Positions 34,233 through 43,954 of a stretch of DNA of 64,000 nucleotides are shown one piece after another. Origin of the DNA: Trueperaceae bacterium (GTDB taxonomy: Bacteria; Deinococcota; Deinococci; Deinococcales; Trueperaceae); assembly GCA_035703635.1 (NCBI GenBank), contig DASSXV010000044.1:54056-118055 (forward strand). Direction: 5' to 3'. The translations under genes were made by a program, and so were the position numbers. Below the pieces are notes generated by a model. The model was not told where the DNA came from and made no database searches. It saw nothing but the letters and a program-made list of their open reading frames with translations. How positions within the stretch are numbered: position 1 is the stretch's first letter; each line of letters starts with the position of its first letter.

Positions 34233-36833
34233 ATGAACCGCCCTCCGACCATCCCCGAGCTCATGAGCCCCGCCGGCCACTGGCCGCAGTTGCGCGCCGC
34301 GGTGGAGGCGGGAGCAGACGCCGTGTTCTTCGGCCTCACGCACTTCAGCGCCCGGTCCAAGGTTGGCTTCACGGCAACCGAACTGCCTGAAGTCATGCGT
34401 GAGCTACGTGGTCGCGCGGTCCGGGGTTACGTGACGTTCAATACCCTCGTGTTCGACGGCGAGTTGCGAGCCGCCCGCCGGGCGCTGGAGGCCATCGGCG
34501 AGGCCGGCGTTGACGCTGTCATCGTTCAGGACGTCGCCGCCGCGGCGCTGGCGCGCGAGGTTGCTCCAGACGTAGAGGTTCACGGTTCAACCCAGATGTC
34601 CATCACTAGTGCGCAAGGCGCTGAGTTGGCCAGGGCCTTCGGCTGCAGCCGGGTGGTGCTTGGCCGCGAGCTGAGCTTGGCCGACATCGCCAAGGTACGT
34701 CAGGGCACCGACGTAGAGATCGAAGTGTTCGTGCACGGCGCACTTTGCGTGTCCTACTCTGGCCAGTGCTTCTCGAGCGAGGCTTGGGGAGGGCGCAGCG
34801 CTAACCGCGGCCAATGCGCCCAAGCCTGCCGCCTGTCATATGACCTACTGGTTGACGGCTCCCACCGCGACCTAGGCGAGTACCGCTACCTGCTCTCCCC
34901 AGGCGACCTCTACGCGCTCCACCAGGTACCCGAGCTGGCTCGTATTGGCGTTTCGTGCCTCAAGATCGAGGGCCGCTACAAAGACGCCGACTACGTAGCC
35001 CTTACCACCGCCGCTTACCGCGAAGCGCTGGACGCACTTGCGCAGGAGAGAGCGCCAGAGATAACAAGCGAGGACGAACGCGACCTCGAGCAGGTCTACT
35101 CTCGGGGGTTAGGGCCTTGGTTCATGCATGGCACCGACCACCAGCGGGTGGTCGTCGGCCGCGCTCCGCGTCACCGCGGCGTCTTGTTGGGCGAGGTCGC
35201 AAACGTAACAAGCTCGACCGTGACGCTACGCCCCGGAAACGACGCTCCACTCGTCAAGGCCGGTGACGGCGTCGTCTTCGACGCCGCTCAGCGCCGCAGC
35301 CCCGACGAGCCAGAGGAAGGCGGCCCTGTCGTCAAGGCTGAGCAACTGCCTGGCGGCCTCGTGCGCCTGGCGTTCCTCAGGGGCAGCGTCAACCTCGGCC
35401 GTGTAGCAGCAGGCGATTGGCTCTGGCGCACCCACGACGCCGCGATTGACTCAAAGGTCAAGCCGTACCTCAACGCGCAAGACCCGCTCTACACACGGCC
35501 CGTCAATATCGCCGTGGTGGCGCACGTTGGCCAAGTCATCACCGTCGAGGGTCGCGCTAGCGGTTCGCGCGGCGCGGTCGTCGCGCGCGTTCAAGGCTCG
35601 GAGCCGCTGCAGGCGGCAACGCGGCACGGGCTAACGGCGGCACAGCTCGCTCAACAACTCGGACGGCTCGGCGGTACGGCGTTCCACCTTGGCGAGCTCA
35701 CGGTCGACCTGGCAGGCGAACCGTTCGTGCCAGTCAGCGAACTGAACCGCCTGCGCCGTGAACTCGTGGAGGGCATCGCCGCCGCGCGAGAATCCCGGCC
35801 CGCGGCGGCGGCACAGTGGAGAGCGACACCGAACGGCGCGGCGGCGCATGGTCGTGGCGCATCCTCTCAACCCGATGCGCCGTCCAGGCTTCACCTGCTC
35901 GTCCGCACGCCGGAGCAGCTAGACGCCGTCCTTGCGCTAGTCGCAGATCACGCTGCTGCGTGGCCCGTCGCCAGCGTCACGCTCGACTACCTCGAGCTGT
36001 ACGGCCTGCGCCCGTCAGTCGAGAGGGCGCAAGCGCTTGGGGTGGAGGTGCGCGTTGCGTCTCCGCGCGTCCTGAAGCCGAGTGAGCAGAACATCGTCAG
36101 GTTCCTACTTGGGCTTGGTTGCGGCATCGTGGTGCGGTCGGGCGGGCTGCTCCACGACCTCGCGCGCATCGCGCCAACTGAGCGGCCGCTGCTTGTCGGC
36201 GACTTCAGCCTCAATGTGGCGAACGCCGAGGCCGCGCGGGCATACCTCGACCTCGGACTGGCAACGATCACACCCGGTCACGACTTGAACGCCAAGCAAG
36301 TGGCCGACCTCGCCCGCTCCGTAGGGGGCACGGCCCTCGAAGTGGTGGCGTACCAGCATTTGCCCGTCTTCCACACCGAGCACTGCGTGTTCTGCCGTTA
36401 CCTGAGCAGCGGTCACGACTACCGCGACTGTGGTCACCCATGCGAGAAGCACCGTATCGCCTTGCGCGACGCGCGCGGCCGCGAGCACCCGGTCATGGCG
36501 GACGTCGGATGCCGCAACACCGTGTTCAACGGCGAAGCGCAGACCGCCGCCAGGCACCTGACCAGTTGGTGGCAAGCGGGCGTGCGGGACTATCGACTCG
36601 AGTTCGTTCACGAGTCAGGGGCGAACGTCACCGAGGTCGTCGCTGCGTACACCGCGGCTCTCAACGCCGTCGAGCAAGGCGCCTACCGCCCAGCCGCGCT
36701 TGAAGAGCGGTTGGCTGCAGCCGTCGGGGCGATCACCGAAGGCAGCTTGTTCGTCCCGCGCGCGGCGCAAGCGGACGAAGGCGCCCTCGCCGAACTCCTC
36801 GAACTACCCGTCTTTCAGGGCGGCGTTCACTAA
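34233..36833 (+). CDS. peptidase U32 family / DUF3656 protein (RlhA-like rRNA hydroxylase)
   Basis: ELMSPAG, HGSTQM, LCVSYSGQC...RSANRGQCAQACR, KIEGR, second Cys cluster HCVFC/CGHPC/GCRN. Confidence 0.88.
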   Translation: MNRPPTIPELMSPAGHWPQLRAAVEAGADAVFFGLTHFSARSKVGFTATELPEVMRELRGRAVRGYVTFNTLVFDGELRAARRALEAIGEAGVDAVIVQDVAAAALAREVAPDVEVHGSTQMSITSAQGAELARAFGCSRVVLGRELSLADIAKVRQGTDVEIEVFVHGALCVSYSGQCFSSEAWGGRSANRGQCAQACRLSYDLLVDGSHRDLGEYRYLLSPGDLYALHQVPELARIGVSCLKIEGRYKDADYVALTTAAYREALDALAQERAPEITSEDERDLEQVYSRGLGPWFMHGTDHQRVVVGRAPRHRGVLLGEVANVTSSTVTLRPGNDAPLVKAGDGVVFDAAQRRSPDEPEEGGPVVKAEQLPGGLVRLAFLRGSVNLGRVAAGDWLWRTHDAAIDSKVKPYLNAQDPLYTRPVNIAVVAHVGQVITVEGRASGSRGAVVARVQGSEPLQAATRHGLTAAQLAQQLGRLGGTAFHLGELTVDLAGEPFVPVSELNRLRRELVEGIAAARESRPAAAAQWRATPNGAAAHGRGASSQPDAPSRLHLLVRTPEQLDAVLALVADHAAAWPVASVTLDYLELYGLRPSVERAQALGVEVRVASPRVLKPSEQNIVRFLLGLGCGIVVRSGGLLHDLARIAPTERPLLVGDFSLNVANAEAARAYLDLGLATITPGHDLNAKQVADLARSVGGTALEVVAYQHLPVFHTEHCVFCRYLSSGHDYRDCGHPCEKHRIALRDARGREHPVMADVGCRNTVFNGEAQTAARHLTSWWQAGVRDYRLEFVHESGANVTEVVAAYTAALNAVEQGAYRPAALEERLAAAVGAITEGSLFVPRAAQADEGALAELLELPVFQGGVH

Positions 36834-36855
36834 ACGCGCCAAACCGAAGCGCGCG

Positions 36856-38727
36856 CTACAAGGGGAACAACAGCGGAACGACCACCAGGCCGACGACCCC
36901 CATGAGCAATTGCAGGGGCAGCCCGACTCTCGCGAAGTCCATGAAGCGGTACTGGCCGGGGCCGACCACCAGGGTGTTGACTGGCGTCGCCATGGGCGTG
37001 CAGAACGACGACGCGGACGCTAGCGCCACCATCATCAACACGCCCTCGGGCGACACGCCAAGCCCGGCTGCTGCGCTCAACGCCACCGGCGCCATCAACA
37101 CGGCCGTGGCGGTGTTAGACATCACCTGCCCAAGGCCCGCCGTCACTAAGTACGTGCCAGCCAGCAATACTAGCGGCCCGGAGCCTCCGAACACCCGCAC
37201 GACGACATCGGCCACCAGCTGCACGCCGCCCGTGACCTCTAGGGCCGACGCTAGCGGCAACATGCCAGCGATCAACACGACCGACTGCCACTGCACGGAG
37301 CGGTAAGCCTCCTCCATGGACAGACAACCAGTCACCACCAACGCGAGAGCAGCCATCAGGACAGCGACCACTGGAGCCACCCAACCCGCTGACATGCTGG
37401 CCAGCATCAACAGCAAGATCACCACCGCGAGTGGCGCCTTTCGGCGTTTCGGGGCAGGACGTTCACCGCCAGACTCGCTAAGCACTACCGCGTCTAAGCG
37501 CTCACCGTCGAGGCGGTCGATGGCGGAAAGCGCCCCCTGGACGAGAAGCGTGTCCCCGAAACGCAAGCGCGTCTCCGCCAGCCGTTGTGCACCGCTACCC
37601 TCGACCACCCGCTCGCCGCCGCGCTGCAACGCAACGACCTGCACTCCGAAGCGCTCGCGGAAACGCAGCGCGGCCAGGCTGTTACCTATCCAGCTCGAGC
37701 GCGGCGTCAGCAGTACCTCAGCGAAACCGAGGTTGGCAGGCACTAGGTCCTCGCCATTGACATCGACCTCTAGAAGTTCAGAGGCCGCCAGACCAGCCAC
37801 CGCGCCTAACGCCTCGCGGCTGCCCTGCAACAAGATGCGGTCGCCAACGCGGAACTCCGTGTCGGGGCCGAGGCTCTTCGAGCGCCCTAGGTGGCGCCGC
37901 GAGCGCACGCCCGCCCTCACGGCCTCCGGCTCGGTATCGATCGCTAGAACACGCACGCCGAGGCGCTCAGGCCACCGCACCTCACGCAGACTACTGCCAA
38001 CAAGGGGCGAGCCAGACTGCAAGGTGAGGCGCCCCAAACGCGTTGGCAAACCGTAACGCGTTGCCACCTCGACGAGGCCCTCCGTCTCCCCTCGCGCGCC
38101 CGGTGAGGTGGGTGCGGTCGCTGGGAGCAGGAAGCGCCCCAAGGTGGCCATGTAGAGGATGGCGACGGCCAACATGACGATGCCGATGGGCGTAAAGGCG
38201 AAGAAACCGAACGGCGCCCTGCCAGCGTCCTCCAGCGTCTGCGACACCACCAAGTTAGGCGGCGTGGCGATCAGCGTGAGCATGCCACCGACGAGCGCCG
38301 CGAACGCCACCGGCAGCAGCAGCTTGCTTGGGCTCACCTTCGCGCGCCACGCCATCGACACGACGATGGGCAGCATGACCGCGACGGTGCCAGTCGAACT
38401 CATGAAGGCAGATAGCAGTCCGGTGGCCAGCATGACCGCCACGATCATCCTGGGCTCGCTCTTGCCTGCCACTCGCCCGAGAGCGTTCCCAACCGCGGCG
38501 GCCAACCCCGTGTTCACGATGGCGAAGCCAACTACGAACAAGCCAGCGATCATGATCACCAGCGCATCGGAGAACCCAGCCAGCGCCTGCTGCGGGCTGA
38601 GCACGCCGCTGAGGGTGAGGGCAAGCACGACTAGTAAGGCAACAACGTCGATCCGGACGCGATCGGAGACGAACAGCACGATTGCCACGCCGAGAATGAT
38701 GAAGACGGTGAGGGTAGGTCCGGACAT
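36856..38727 (-). CDS. SLC13/DASS family permease with TrkA-C domains
   Basis: SAFMSSTG, LTLIATPPN, two TrkA-C-like repeats, MSNTATA, TPMATPVN, GQYRFMDF. Confidence 0.9.
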   Translation of the reverse strand: MSGPTLTVFIILGVAIVLFVSDRVRIDVVALLVVLALTLSGVLSPQQALAGFSDALVIMIAGLFVVGFAIVNTGLAAAVGNALGRVAGKSEPRMIVAVMLATGLLSAFMSSTGTVAVMLPIVVSMAWRAKVSPSKLLLPVAFAALVGGMLTLIATPPNLVVSQTLEDAGRAPFGFFAFTPIGIVMLAVAILYMATLGRFLLPATAPTSPGARGETEGLVEVATRYGLPTRLGRLTLQSGSPLVGSSLREVRWPERLGVRVLAIDTEPEAVRAGVRSRRHLGRSKSLGPDTEFRVGDRILLQGSREALGAVAGLAASELLEVDVNGEDLVPANLGFAEVLLTPRSSWIGNSLAALRFRERFGVQVVALQRGGERVVEGSGAQRLAETRLRFGDTLLVQGALSAIDRLDGERLDAVVLSESGGERPAPKRRKAPLAVVILLLMLASMSAGWVAPVVAVLMAALALVVTGCLSMEEAYRSVQWQSVVLIAGMLPLASALEVTGGVQLVADVVVRVFGGSGPLVLLAGTYLVTAGLGQVMSNTATAVLMAPVALSAAAGLGVSPEGVLMMVALASASSFCTPMATPVNTLVVGPGQYRFMDFARVGLPLQLLMGVVGLVVVPLLFPL

Positions 38728-38814
38728 GCCCCAAGTTACGACCTTGCTGGCCGCCAGAGTAGTTGAGGAACGTCCCCGCGAACGACAGGAACGCGTGACC
38801 CACGGCCCATTTAG

Positions 38815-38830
38815 TGTGAGCTTTCGCACA
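38815..38830. promoter_or_regulatory. CRP/FNR-family-like palindrome between the divergent permease and HU-2
   Basis: TGTGA-GCTTTC-GCACA (9/10 to TGTGA-N6-TCACA) inside a longer imperfect inverted repeat GCCCAT...ATGGGC. Confidence 0.5.
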
Positions 38831-38925
38831 TAATGGGCGCTTTTCCCTGCCCCATCATCCCGACACGTGTTTTTCTCGTGCCTGATGCCCTATACTCTCG
38901 GCGAGTTCACGAAAGGAGCTCGCTA

Positions 38926-39279
38926 ATGGCCAAAGCCAAGGCAGCACCCAAGAAGGCAGATAAGACCGTAAGCAAGGCCGATCTCGTAAGCGAAGTGGCA
39001 GAAGCCACCGGCCAGTCCAAGAAGGCCGTCAAGGAGACGATGGACTCGCTCCTCGCCTCCATGACCTCGAGCATCGCCAAGGGCAACAAGGTCACGCTCA
39101 CCGGCTTCGGCACGTTCGAAGTCCGCAAGCGCAAGGCCCGCACCGGCGTCAAGCCAGGCACGACCGAGAAGATCAAGATCCCGGCGAGTCAGTACCCGGC
39201 GTTCAAGGCTGGCAAGAGCCTGAAAGACACCGTTGGCGGCAAGAAGCCAGCGGCCAAGAAGGCTGCGGCCAAGAAATAA
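38926..39279 (+). CDS. hup: HU family DNA-binding protein (paralogue 2, Lys-rich N and C tails)
   Basis: VTLTGFGTFEVRKRKARTGVKPGTTEKIKIPASQYPAFK; AAGGAG SD; TATACT at 38891. Confidence 0.95.
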   Translation: MAKAKAAPKKADKTVSKADLVSEVAEATGQSKKAVKETMDSLLASMTSSIAKGNKVTLTGFGTFEVRKRKARTGVKPGTTEKIKIPASQYPAFKAGKSLKDTVGGKKPAAKKAAAKK

Positions 39280-39327
39280 GGAAGTAATACCCACCCGCTT
39301 GGGTGGGCGCAACTCGTTGTTGAGTAT

Positions 39328-39358
39328 GTGGGGCGGTCACAATGACCGCCCCACTTCA
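39328..39358. terminator. terminator hairpin between the convergent HU-2 and gluconokinase
   Basis: 12-bp perfect stem GTGGGGCGGTCA/TGACCGCCCCAC. Confidence 0.7.
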
Positions 39359-39369
39359 ATTGCCGGCAT

Positions 39370-39876
39370 TCATACGGAGTGCAGCGCCCGCAGCGCAAGC
39401 TCGACCTGCGCTGCCGGGTCGAGCGTTGGCACGACCGTAACGTCCGGCTCGACGCTTGGGTCCGGCGCCTCCAAGGTGGCGAACTGCGAGGCGAAGAGCG
39501 CCGCCGGGAAGAAGTGGCCCTCCCTAACGCGCAAGCGCGCCTCCACGGTGGCTTGGTCGACCTCGAGGTAGATGAACCTCAGCCCGTCCCCCGCTCCGCG
39601 CAGCCGGTCGCGGTAACTGAGGCGCAGTGCGCTGCATGCGACGACCACGCCGTCGTCGCCAGCCAAACCGCGCGCAAGGGTGTCCGCAACGCGGTCAAGC
39701 CACGGCCAACGATCCTCGTCCGTGAGGGGTACCCCGGCCGCCATCTTCGCGCGGTTAGCCTCAGGGTGGAGGTCGTCGCCATCGACGAACTCGCTACCCA
39801 AGCGCTCGGCCACCCAAGCGCCGATCGTGCTCTTGCCGCAACCGGAGACCCCCATCACGACAACCGCGTGTGCCAC
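39370..39876 (-). CDS. gntK: gluconokinase (GntK/IdnK family)
   Basis: VMGVSGCGKST, DGDDLHPEANRAKM..G.PLTDEDRWPWL, CSAL, SQFATLE; GTG overlaps the LarA stop. Confidence 0.92.
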   Translation of the reverse strand: MAHAVVVMGVSGCGKSTIGAWVAERLGSEFVDGDDLHPEANRAKMAAGVPLTDEDRWPWLDRVADTLARGLAGDDGVVVACSALRLSYRDRLRGAGDGLRFIYLEVDQATVEARLRVREGHFFPAALFASQFATLEAPDPSVEPDVTVVPTLDPAAQVELALRALHSV

Positions 39877-41177
39877 TACTCGCTCTTTGCGCGGTACAGG
39901 ATCTCGCCCGCCTTGCGCACTAACAACACGCCCTCGTCCTCGCGGTCGGCCCACTCCTCGACATCGATGGTGTCCGGGTCGAGGTAGCCGAGCGCCAAGG
40001 ACGCACACTCTTCAGGCGATACCCTCGACGCCAGCGTCACGCGGGCTCGCGGGAGCTCGACACCGTCGACGTAGTGGCCGTCGCCCCTAACATGTGTGGA
40101 GTGGGCCAGCACGCCGAGCGGGTAGTGCGAGAAGTCGCTCCACTGCTCCAAGAAGTACTCAAGCACGTGGTAGCCGATGGCCCTGATGTGAGTGCCGTGC
40201 ACTGAACTCACGTCACTCAAGTGCGGAGCGTAGATGATCAGTTCGCCCCCCGCTTCAAGCGCGGGCTCGAGCTTGTACATGGCCTTACCTGCGGTCCACA
40301 GCTCCTCGTACATTGGCGGGGCGCACGACAAGATGCGCTTGTACGGTTTATCGACCCAACGCACGTGCCGCTCACTGGAGAGGTCCGCCGCCGCCGACCA
40401 AGCTTGCACAACGTCGCCGATGAACACGCCAGCGAGGTCGTTGCCAACGACGACGACGGCAGTCAGCGTGACTGGCGTGCTGAGCAGCTCGGCCGCGGCG
40501 TGGATCATGGCGCGCACCGGCGTGTCCTTGATGCCGATGGTGCCGCGCACGCCGGCAAGCGCACCTAGCCAATGCGTTACGTCGATCATGTCCGAGCCAC
40601 TGATGCCAGGGAACAAGTACTTGGCGCCGCCCGAGAACCCAACCACCTCGTGAGGGAACGTCGGGCCAAGTATCAGGATCTCATCGTGCTCGAGGGCCGC
40701 ACGGTTGAGGCGCACGTCGACGTCGCCTCCAAGCGTTGGGTGCCAACGGTCACCAGCGATCTCCTTCACCCGCGACTGTGGCAGCGACCCGATGCTGACG
40801 AGGGTGCCTTCCTCGTACCAGCCGTGGTTGACGATGCGCACGTTCGGGAAATCGCGCTCCTTCGTCTCGGCGGTGAGGCCGACGAGCCGTAAGAGGTGAT
40901 CCGGGTCGAGGGGTACGTGCGTGCCGAGGGCCACCATGAAGGTCACAGCGCGTGCGTCGTCAAGCGCCTGCATGGTGCCGCGGAACAACAGTGGCAGAGG
41001 CACGCTACGCGTGTGGTCAGGGATCAGCACGAGCACGCTGCGGCCCGTGAACTGTCCAGCAAGGCCGGCGTTGAGGGCTTCGAGTACCTCCGTTTCTGAG
41101 AGGGTCTGACCCGCTAGCGCACGGCGCTGCACCCGGAGGCCGCCGGAAATCGACTGGTGATCGTTTGTCGTATCCAT
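39876..41177 (-). CDS. lactate racemase (LarA) family nickel-pincer enzyme homologue
   Basis: PDHTRS, ALGTH, NH, PHEVVGFSGGAKYLFPG, HWLG, KAMYK, GGELII. Confidence 0.85.
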   Translation of the reverse strand: MDTTNDHQSISGGLRVQRRALAGQTLSETEVLEALNAGLAGQFTGRSVLVLIPDHTRSVPLPLLFRGTMQALDDARAVTFMVALGTHVPLDPDHLLRLVGLTAETKERDFPNVRIVNHGWYEEGTLVSIGSLPQSRVKEIAGDRWHPTLGGDVDVRLNRAALEHDEILILGPTFPHEVVGFSGGAKYLFPGISGSDMIDVTHWLGALAGVRGTIGIKDTPVRAMIHAAAELLSTPVTLTAVVVVGNDLAGVFIGDVVQAWSAAADLSSERHVRWVDKPYKRILSCAPPMYEELWTAGKAMYKLEPALEAGGELIIYAPHLSDVSSVHGTHIRAIGYHVLEYFLEQWSDFSHYPLGVLAHSTHVRGDGHYVDGVELPRARVTLASRVSPEECASLALGYLDPDTIDVEEWADREDEGVLLVRKAGEILYRAKSE

Positions 41178-41300
41178 CTGAGCACTACCCTAATCGTTCA
41201 TGGCCGCTTCGGACAGCCTGGCAGTTCGCAAGAGTTGCTCGCCGCGAGCGCATGACAGGAGTCAACGTCACCACGCTAACCTCGGTAGTAGCATCAACTC

Positions 41301-41879
41301 GTGACGAGCACGCCCCGCTCCCCGCACGCGCCGCTGAAGGTCGTCGTGGTGTACGCCACCATGTTCGGCGCCACTGAGTTGGTGGCCGAGACGGTGGCTC
41401 ACGCCCTGTCGGCCGAGTTCGGCGTCGAAGTGGCTTGCCGGGATGCCGCGTGGCTGGACTTCGCTGAGTTGCTGAACGCCGACCTCATCGTGATCGGCTC
41501 GTCGACTTGGAACATCGGGCAGCTACCGAGCGACTGGGAGCTGCGCCTGGATGAACTAGCGACGCTTGACCTGCACGGCAAGTACGTTGCGCTGTTCGGC
41601 ACGGGCGACCGCCGCGGTTACCCCGACACTTACCTCGATGCCCTCGACACCATCGCCCGCGCGCTCACACCGACCGGCTGCACGCTCATCGGCGAGTGGT
41701 CGACGGCTGGTTACGTGTTCACCGGGTCCCTGGCGCTGCGCGGCGATAACTTCGTCGGGCTTGGCCTCGATGAGGACAACGACCCCGACCTCACCGCTGC
41801 TCGCGTGGACCTGTGGTGTGCGCAGTTGGCAAACGAGGTGAACGCGTTTCACGTGCTTGAGCGGGCTGGAGTCGCTTGA
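41301..41879 (+). CDS. fldA: long-chain flavodoxin
   Basis: YATMFGATE, GSSTWNIG, ALFGTGD..GY, FVGLGLDEDN. Confidence 0.9.
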   Translation: MTSTPRSPHAPLKVVVVYATMFGATELVAETVAHALSAEFGVEVACRDAAWLDFAELLNADLIVIGSSTWNIGQLPSDWELRLDELATLDLHGKYVALFGTGDRRGYPDTYLDALDTIARALTPTGCTLIGEWSTAGYVFTGSLALRGDNFVGLGLDEDNDPDLTAARVDLWCAQLANEVNAFHVLERAGVA

Positions 41880-41916
41880 GGACCGCCCTGTAGTTCTCAT
41901 CCCCGGCCCGCGCCCG

Positions 41917-42131
41917 TGTGGGAAGAGCTCGCCATAACGGCACATCGGAGACGTGGGTGTGGGCGCAGCCCTATCGAGGGTAAGCGCCGCCGCGCTCTTT
42001 GAGGGCCAGTACGAGGTGGACGTGGTCCTGCCGCACGGTTGCGCGTTAAGGAACGCAGGCACTCGGTCGGGCTTGTTGCCGCCTATTACCAACTCGGCCT
42101 CGAGCCGCTCTGGTTCACCTGCACCCGGTGA
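41917..42131 (+). pseudogene. frameshifted GNAT acetyltransferase remnant
   Basis: joining frames gives WEELAITAHRRRG/VGAALSR...ARLRV...VAAYYQLGLEP (GNAT motif A and B-like); extra base at ~41955-41958 and a second shift near 42030. Confidence 0.45.
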
Positions 42132-42176
42132 CCACGGGCCCGCGCCCACACCGCCCCGGTTACAATCGTGAGCAAT

Positions 42177-43928
42177 ATGCGAAAAAACCAGGTGACAGTG
42201 CGCAGCGTACCGGCGTTGCTGCACGCTAGAGCCACCCAGACCGGCGTCGCCTTGCGCGTAAAGCGCTTCGGTTTGTGGGAGAAGATCTCGTGGGCGGATT
42301 ACGCCGCCAAGGTGAACGCCTTGGCGCGCGAGATGATCCACTTTGGCTTGCGTGCCGGTGAGCGCGTGGCCGTACTGTGCGAGAACCGCCCTGAGTGGTT
42401 GATGGCCGACATGGCCATCCAGAGCGCGGGCGCTGCCACGGTAGGCGTTTACACCACCAGCAGCCCTGAGCAGCTCGCGTACCACCTCAAGCATTCCGAC
42501 GCGGTGGGGGTCATCCTCGAAGACGCCGAACAGCTCGAGAAGTGGCTGGCCGTGCGAGACGCCTGCCCGACGGTGCAGTGGGTCGTGGTCATCGAGCCGG
42601 AGGACGTCGAGGACACCCTCGCTTGGGACGCCGTCATGGCTAGCGGCGCAGCGCGCTACGCCGCCGACCCGCAACCGGTGGAAGACCGCTTAGCCGCCAT
42701 CGACCCAGACGACACCGCCCTCTTCATCTACACCTCCGGCACCACTGGCGACCCCAAGGGCGCGAAGCTCTCGCACGCCAACCTCCTGTGGGCCATGGGT
42801 TCCCTCAACGAGGCCATGCCGCTGCAGCACGGCGACGAGCTCCTGTCGTTCCTGCCCCTTTCGCACATCGTCGAGCGGCTCATCAGCGTGGCGGCTCCCC
42901 TGCGTTACGGCTACACGGTGTCGTTCACGGAGAACCTCGACACGGTGCTCACCAACCTCCAAGAGATCCGCCCGACCATCTTCTTCGCGGTCCCGCGCAT
43001 CTGGGAGAAGCTCCACTCGCTCGTCGAGCTGAAGATGAAGGACGCCAACGTCATCAAGCGCAAGGCGTACGGCGCGGCTCTCGGCGCGGCCAGACGCGGC
43101 AATCCCGTCGCGGTCGGCATGGCGCAGTTGGCGGTGCTGAGGCTCCTGCGTTACCGCCTCGGGCTCGACCGCGTTAGGGTCGCCATCTCCGGCGCCGCGC
43201 CCATCGCGCCCGAGGTGCTGGCGTACTTCCGCGCCATTGGGGTAGACATTCGCGAGGGCTTCGGGCTCACCGAATCCACCGGCATCATCGCCATCCACCG
43301 CAGCGCAGGCCGCCTCGGCACCGTCGGCTTCCCGTTCCCCGGCGTGGACGTGAAGATCGCGGACGACGGTGAGATCCTCAGCCGCAGCGCAGGCAACTTC
43401 CTCGGCTACCACAAGGACCCTGACGCCACTGCCCAAGCCTTAGCGGACGGCTGGTTGCATACTGGAGACGTCGGCGAGCTCGACGCAGACGGCCAACTCC
43501 GCATCACCGACCGCAAGAAGGACATCCTCATCACGGCGGGCGGCAAGAACATCGCCCCGCAGAAGATCGAGAACCAGCTCAAGTCGAGCCCCTACATCAA
43601 CGACGCCGTCGTCATCGGCGACCGCCGCAGGTTCCTCACAGCGCTGCTCGTGCTCGACGAGGACAACGTCACGCACTGGGCCATGGAGCGTCAACTCGCG
43701 TACTCCACCTACACCGACCTGGCAAGCAACCCGGAAGTGCGCGAGTTGATAGCTGCCGAGGTCGAGCGCGTTAACGCGACGCTCGCGCGGGTGGAGACGG
43801 TCAAGAAGTTCTCCATCCTCCCGAAGCGCCTCTACCACGAGGACGGCGAGGTCACCGCCACCCTCAAGGTCAAACGCTCGAGCATAGCGAGCAAGTACGA
43901 GCACCTCATCGAGGAGATGTATGCCTGA
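42177..43928 (+). CDS. long-chain acyl-CoA synthetase (AMP-binding)
   Basis: YTSGTTGDPKG, FLPLSH, VPRIWEK, EGFGLTE, TGD, DRKKD, TLKVKR; alternative start GTG 42168. Confidence 0.93.
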   Translation: MRKNQVTVRSVPALLHARATQTGVALRVKRFGLWEKISWADYAAKVNALAREMIHFGLRAGERVAVLCENRPEWLMADMAIQSAGAATVGVYTTSSPEQLAYHLKHSDAVGVILEDAEQLEKWLAVRDACPTVQWVVVIEPEDVEDTLAWDAVMASGAARYAADPQPVEDRLAAIDPDDTALFIYTSGTTGDPKGAKLSHANLLWAMGSLNEAMPLQHGDELLSFLPLSHIVERLISVAAPLRYGYTVSFTENLDTVLTNLQEIRPTIFFAVPRIWEKLHSLVELKMKDANVIKRKAYGAALGAARRGNPVAVGMAQLAVLRLLRYRLGLDRVRVAISGAAPIAPEVLAYFRAIGVDIREGFGLTESTGIIAIHRSAGRLGTVGFPFPGVDVKIADDGEILSRSAGNFLGYHKDPDATAQALADGWLHTGDVGELDADGQLRITDRKKDILITAGGKNIAPQKIENQLKSSPYINDAVVIGDRRRFLTALLVLDEDNVTHWAMERQLAYSTYTDLASNPEVRELIAAEVERVNATLARVETVKKFSILPKRLYHEDGEVTATLKVKRSSIASKYEHLIEEMYA

Positions 43929-43954
43929 GCGTCAAGGAACCATTTGGAGCACGC

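Noticed and set aside
41556..42674. 372-aa minus-strand ORF across flavodoxin and the ligase
   Set aside because: Antisense to two well-supported genes, no motifs
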